The notes under the pieces: model-generated
What the model was told of the DNA's origin: nothing
The model's database searches: none
The model's input: the letters and a program-made list of their open reading frames with translations, nothing else
From: Planctomycetota bacterium
Lineage (GTDB): Bacteria; Planctomycetota; UBA8108; SXIK01
Assembly (NCBI GenBank): GCA_965223265.1
Contig: OZ244999.1
Span: 6,528,001 to 6,592,000 of the forward strand
Length of the DNA: 64,000 nt
Direction: 5' to 3'
Made by a program: the position numbers and the translations under genes
Shown: one piece after another, positions 59,628-64,000 of the stretch
Position numbering within the stretch: the first letter of the stretch is position 1
Layout of the letters: each line of letters opens with the position of its first letter

Positions 59628-60649
59628 CGCTCCCGCTGCAGATCACGTCCATCCTCGTGGCGGCGACGCGCTTTTGACACAACGTTTTCTGCACCGACGT
59701 CGTGTGCGTCGACACCGCCCTGCACGCGGCCCGCCGCCATGGCCGACACATTCGTACTTTGCAGCAGCGCGTCTTCAACTGCCTTCGTCACCAGCTCCAA
59801 CTGCACCCCTATGCTCTGGTCGACGATTCCCGTCCCCGAGACGACGCGACAACCACCGCGGTCGACGTCGACACACTCGGCAACTTCGATGGCTTCGAAT
59901 CCTTCGATCCAACGAGGCTTGCGGCTCAAGATCTCCCGGAACGCCGCGGCATCGTCGGGATGAAGCTGTACCACAACGTCACCGCGGCGAAACGTCAAGT
60001 CGACGGCGCTCTGAACGTTGCGCAGTGCGACCTCGCTGTCGTGAGCAATCTCGTGCTTGAGAATCTTGCGAGCGATCTCTTTGGCAATCAGGACGACCTG
60101 CGACGACAGGTCGGCAAAGGAGTCGTCGAACTTCCCCTGCACGTCGCGCACGGCGGTCGTGAACGCGCTCGCGAGATGAGCCAGCTCTGATCGAGCCTCC
60201 GTCCTTCCCGCATCGATCCCTTCTCGCTCGCCGGCGTCATAACCAGCGCGATACCCTTCCTCATAGCCTTCCTTGCGCCCAGCTTCGAACCCAAGCTCTC
60301 TGCCGGCAGAGGCCGCCTCATCCTGCGCCAGGTCGAATGCCTCTGTAGCCATCTGCTGACGCCGATCGATCTCCGCTCGCACGTCCTGCTCGTGGCGCTC
60401 AAAGTCCTTGCGCGCACAAATCCAGCGCTCACGGATTTCATCCTCAAGCCGCCGGCGTAATCCCTCGAGCTCTTGGAGCCGGTCGCGTGCCGTGCGGATC
60501 AAAGAGGTGCAGATCGCATCGACGCCGCGCTGCTCGACATGCTTTGAGAAATCTCTGCGGCGCGACGGCGCGTCCTCCCCCGTCGTGACAGCACGAATCA
60601 CACGTCCGCTCCCTGCCAAGCTCTGCCGATCGTCAGGCACTTGTCTCAT
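59618..60649 (-). CDS. fliH: FliH
   Basis: GxxxG repeats (GFEAGRKEGYEEGYRAGYDAGEREG); VQLHPDD; RGGCRVVSGTGIVD. Confidence 0.88.
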   Translation of the reverse strand: MRQVPDDRQSLAGSGRVIRAVTTGEDAPSRRRDFSKHVEQRGVDAICTSLIRTARDRLQELEGLRRRLEDEIRERWICARKDFERHEQDVRAEIDRRQQMATEAFDLAQDEAASAGRELGFEAGRKEGYEEGYRAGYDAGEREGIDAGRTEARSELAHLASAFTTAVRDVQGKFDDSFADLSSQVVLIAKEIARKILKHEIAHDSEVALRNVQSAVDLTFRRGDVVVQLHPDDAAAFREILSRKPRWIEGFEAIEVAECVDVDRGGCRVVSGTGIVDQSIGVQLELVTKAVEDALLQSTNVSAMAAGRVQGGVDAHDVGAENVVSKARRRHEDGRDLQRERWT

Positions 60650-61989
60650 GGCGTCGGCCTCCGCTCAGCGTCTCGCTTCTGGTCAGAGAGTTCGCGCACG
60701 AGCTCTGTGGTCACGCCGCCCTCATGAAGCTCGAAGATGCCTTCGAGAACGCGGCGACGAGCAGCTTCGACTTCGAGAAGGCGAGTTGGTCCGAGAGCCT
60801 GGATCTTCTCGCGTAGACGCTCCCCATGACGCCGTGACAGGTTACGTGTCACCTTCTTGAAAACCTCGCGCCCCGTGCTCTTCAGTGCCATCGCGAGGTC
60901 ATTGGGATCGACCCTTTTGAGCGCCTTCTGAAGGTACCTGTCCTCGAGCTGGATGAGCTGTTCGAAGACGAGGAGATGCTTGCCGACCTCTTCGGCAATC
61001 TCCGGTGCGACCTGCTTCATGTGGTCAAATGACTCGGCCGCTTCGTCACGGTTAGACGCCCTGAGAATTTGAGCGACAGCTTGAGCGCCCGTCTGACCAG
61101 AGAGCGATGCGAATCGTGCCCCCGACAGCTGCGTCTTCAGGACTCTTTCGACAGCACGAAGAGCTTCCTGCGAGGCGCCGTCGAGCGTGGCCAGACGTCG
61201 AAGAACACCATGGCGACGCTGCGGGGTCAGCCGTGCCAAAACGTCGGAGGCGAGTGCCGGACCAACGTGTGCCAGGACGATCGCTACGGTTTGCTCCCGT
61301 TCGTCTTGCAGGCAGGAGAGAAGACTTTCGCCGTTGACGTGCTTTGAAATCGAAAAATGCTTGCGGCCGTGATGGGCAGCCAAGAGCCGCAGCAGGTGAT
61401 CGGCCTTCTGCGGCGCGATCGAACTTCTGATGAGCTTTGATGCCAACTCCCAGCCGCCCTCTTGGACAACACCTTGGGCTCGCTCGATGTCGTGAAACTC
61501 CTCGATCACCTCCATGACGGCGTCTCGATCCACGACACCAAGGCTAGCGATCTCCGCAGTGACGCGACTCATCTCCTCGTCGGAAAGGCAGCGTAGGAGA
61601 CGTGAAGCCGCTTCCTCATCGAGCGCGAGGACGAAAATGGCGGCTTTCGAGATTCCCTTCAGCTGAGTGCGACGCGGGTCAGGATGACGCGGGTCAGGGT
61701 GACGGGGGGCGAACGCTCCGACGGTGCTTTCGTCTGCGGGACTGGTGCGGCTGTCAGCGCTCGACAGCAGGTGAGACGGCGGAGCCCCTTCGTCAACGGC
61801 GACGAAGTCGTGGTCGAGGTCTGCTGCGTCCTCAGGCTCACCGTCGTCGAGCCGCTCCGCACCATCAAACTCCGCGGCAGCGTCCTCAGGCTCAAGGTCC
61901 GTAGACGAGCGCGCGGTCTCATCGAGGTGAGTACGACGGTAACGTCGGCCTTGAGATTCCTGATCGACCGCGATGGCGTCGACTTCCAT
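60646..61989 (-). CDS. fliG: FliG, divergent
   Basis: LKGISKAAIFVLAL, QTVAIVLAH, VFEQL, LAMALK, LGPTRLLEVEAAR; acidic N-terminal extension. Confidence 0.88.
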   Translation of the reverse strand: MEVDAIAVDQESQGRRYRRTHLDETARSSTDLEPEDAAAEFDGAERLDDGEPEDAADLDHDFVAVDEGAPPSHLLSSADSRTSPADESTVGAFAPRHPDPRHPDPRRTQLKGISKAAIFVLALDEEAASRLLRCLSDEEMSRVTAEIASLGVVDRDAVMEVIEEFHDIERAQGVVQEGGWELASKLIRSSIAPQKADHLLRLLAAHHGRKHFSISKHVNGESLLSCLQDEREQTVAIVLAHVGPALASDVLARLTPQRRHGVLRRLATLDGASQEALRAVERVLKTQLSGARFASLSGQTGAQAVAQILRASNRDEAAESFDHMKQVAPEIAEEVGKHLLVFEQLIQLEDRYLQKALKRVDPNDLAMALKSTGREVFKKVTRNLSRRHGERLREKIQALGPTRLLEVEAARRRVLEGIFELHEGGVTTELVRELSDQKRDAERRPTP

Positions 61990-63668
61990 CAGTGCGCATC
62001 TCCTTCGGCCTGGAGCGAAGACTTAGAGTCTTCTGAAAGCCACACGCGCACCACCGACGCCGCTGCCTGGGGCCGCTCACAGACCCATTGGCTCGCGCGT
62101 TCGACTGAGCCGAGAAAGGACTCTGGCGTCGCAGCTTGCTCTGCTTTGGCACCGTACCCACCCACTTGAGACGTGTCGTCCGCGACTTCCTCTTGTTGAG
62201 CCGCAGCTCCTTTGCGACCGGTTGCAACGCGCCGCCGCGCCGCACGGCGGCGCCAGAAAAGACCGACGAACGCGACAAGGACGACACCAGACGCAGCGCC
62301 GGCAACCCAACGCTTCGGCTGAGAATCGAACAAGACGAACAACGACCCGAAGGCGCGTTGGAACGACTGCAAGGCCGAAGTCGGCTCACTGGCGGCCGTT
62401 GACTCGCCGGTCGCTGGGTCGTTCCCCACCTCCTCGGTGCCAGCGCCTTCTTCGGTGTCTACCACGGTTGCAACCCCTTGGGGTTCAGTGTCGCCATCGT
62501 CAGGCCTCACGACGATCAAGACGTGAGACACAAACGGCGCAAAGTGTGTCAGCAGCTGACGTCGGTGCGCATCTTCAAACCAGCGTAGTTCTAGCGAGCC
62601 GTCGTCGCTGTCGACACCATCAGCGACGCTGCACGATAAGCGCAGCACGGCCGATTCGGCGAGTGTGACACGAATCCGTGCCGCACCGGCGAGCTCCACT
62701 ACATCCGCGCTGGATCCGCTCGCGGCGTGCCCGGCGGCCGGCGACGCGCCACCTACGTCGCTGCCGGCATCGTCTCCCAACGCTTCGTCTCCGATGGCGC
62801 CGTCTCTTGTGGTAGCGTCATGGGCGACGCTCGGAACTGGCTGAAAAGTACCAATGCCGCCGGCAGCGCCATGTGCAGCCGCTCGACGCGGCACGCCTCG
62901 AACAACGCGCACGGAGACGTCGAATTCGTGCGGCGGCAAGACGCCGCCGTAGAACTCACCCAAGCCATCGAGCAGCCACTCGTGTAGCTCTTCGGGCGTC
63001 CGAGGTGCACTCACCCGTTGAGTGTAGACGTTCCCGTGATCGTCGGTGATCGAAACTCGGTCCGCGCCGAGGTTGAATGACCTGCTGACCATCTGACGCA
63101 CGGCACGGGCTTGACGTGCAGGCAGTCGCATCACGCCGTGCCCGAGCGTAAGAAAAACCGAGGCCGTACCGTCTGCCGCGTCGTGGAGGCGCCCTCCCCG
63201 CGGCTTGTTCAGTTCGACCGTGGCCCGGGCGACGGTACTGTAGCCCTCGATGTTGCGGCTGATGCGCTTGCGCTTCAAATCTGCGTTCCGATCTGAAAGC
63301 CAGGTCGAAGGCACCCACGGGGACGGTGGCTTGTCAAACGCATTCGGCGGTTCGGCCGACTCGACCTCAAGAAGCTTGACGGCACGGGGCAGTTGATCGA
63401 CCGCGACCTCGAGGCGACTACCGCCAGCCGCCGGGGCAGCGCGGACGATGATCCCCGCCCCCTCGAGCCGCTGGCGGAGGGCCGCGACTTCGTGATCCGA
63501 GGAGTCGAGGAGCACGACGAACTCAGGCCTAGGAACGGTCGTCGCCCCCCACACAATCAAACCAAGCGCCGCGGCCATGACGCCGACGTAGGCGAGCCTT
63601 TGCAGTGGCGACAGCGACTGCCAGAGGTTCCTCACCTCAGCTTGAATTCGGTGCACGAAGGGTCTCAC
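61989..63668 (-). CDS. fliF: FliF/YscJ-like MS-ring protein, divergent
   Basis: N-terminal TM; ASVFLTL...QARAVRQMVSRSF...RVSITDDHGN ring motif; second TM; C-terminal RPQAAASVVRVWL FliG-binding motif. GTG at 63668 (after GAGGT) assumed as start. Confidence 0.8.
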   Translation of the reverse strand: MRPFVHRIQAEVRNLWQSLSPLQRLAYVGVMAAALGLIVWGATTVPRPEFVVLLDSSDHEVAALRQRLEGAGIIVRAAPAAGGSRLEVAVDQLPRAVKLLEVESAEPPNAFDKPPSPWVPSTWLSDRNADLKRKRISRNIEGYSTVARATVELNKPRGGRLHDAADGTASVFLTLGHGVMRLPARQARAVRQMVSRSFNLGADRVSITDDHGNVYTQRVSAPRTPEELHEWLLDGLGEFYGGVLPPHEFDVSVRVVRGVPRRAAAHGAAGGIGTFQPVPSVAHDATTRDGAIGDEALGDDAGSDVGGASPAAGHAASGSSADVVELAGAARIRVTLAESAVLRLSCSVADGVDSDDGSLELRWFEDAHRRQLLTHFAPFVSHVLIVVRPDDGDTEPQGVATVVDTEEGAGTEEVGNDPATGESTAASEPTSALQSFQRAFGSLFVLFDSQPKRWVAGAASGVVLVAFVGLFWRRRAARRRVATGRKGAAAQQEEVADDTSQVGGYGAKAEQAATPESFLGSVERASQWVCERPQAAASVVRVWLSEDSKSSLQAEGDAH

Positions 63669-63952
63669 CGCGACCTCAGAGCCAGTCCGGGCGGCGACGC
63701 CCAGCAGCAATCCTCTTCCGAGAAAAAAAGGGAAAAGGAACGAGCGTCCACGACCAGAAGACCCGTCCCCGTTTCCCGTCTCTCCTAGCGGCCAAAACCG
63801 CTAAGCTCCAACCCCGAATGCTCCAAACTCTTCTCTCTTCACTCACGACAGCTGACCCGCGGGGGGAGCAGCCGCAATCCAAGGGCGCCGGGCTTGGAAA
63901 TCCTTCCGTAACCCCAAGTTATGGCTCTGGAGCACTCGAGAGCTGGTCCGCT

Positions 63953-63981
63953 AACATAGCGACTGTTTTACAAAGTGTAAA
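63953..63981 (-). promoter_or_regulatory. Putative sigma70 promoter with overlapping palindrome upstream of fliF
   Basis: TTTACA-N17-TATGTT on the minus strand; inverted repeat TTTACA-AAG-TGTAAA at 63967-63981. Confidence 0.5.
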
Positions 63982-64000
63982 GCAGATTCTGAGATTTCCG

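Noticed and set aside
47951-63668. Injectisome (non-flagellar T3SS) or pseudogenised flagellar cluster
   Set aside because: fliG, fliO, flhF, flhG and fliA mark flagellar ancestry, and there is no secretin or needle gene. No frameshifts or internal stops were seen apart from the short flhB, although decay cannot be fully excluded.

Overview
This is a GC-rich bacterial chromosomal window. It is probably from Planctomycetota, inferred from gene content (TsaC-LMW phosphatase fusion, pilB-pilB-pilC block, HEAT/TPR-rich proteins). Housekeeping genes are xerD, serA, the rpmF-plsX-fabH-fabD-fabG-acpP-fabF operon, alaS, thpR, a PfkB kinase, tsaC-phosphatase, a SurA/PpiD-like chaperone, rnhA, rnr, lepB and larC. 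Four elements stand out. (1) 47951-63981 is a flagellum-derived export operon (fliF-G-H-I-J-N-O-P-Q-R-flhB-flhA-flhF-flhG-fliA) with no rod, hook, ruler, stator or fliM genes. Its FlhB stops before the NPTH switch domain, and its FliG has a degenerate FliM-binding motif and a charge reversal at a stator-contact residue. It is a candidate non-motile, polarly positioned secretion machine. (2) 34422-42381 is an MglA/MglB-type polarity cluster next to type IV pilus ATPases. MglA has a C-terminal transmembrane anchor, there are three roadblock-domain proteins and a DUF4388-TPR-PEGA-beta-propeller membrane protein, and mglB seems to start at ATA/ATC. (3) 20136-22828 is a nonaheme lipoprotein cytochrome c plus outer-membrane beta-barrel (porin-cytochrome conduit candidate). 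(4) 2124-2335 is a structured ~180-nt RNA with its own promoter and terminator. Several MITE-like elements and 15/18-bp tandem repeats lie between or within genes. I saw no tRNA, rRNA or CRISPR array. All calls come from reading motifs by eye; no database searches were run.
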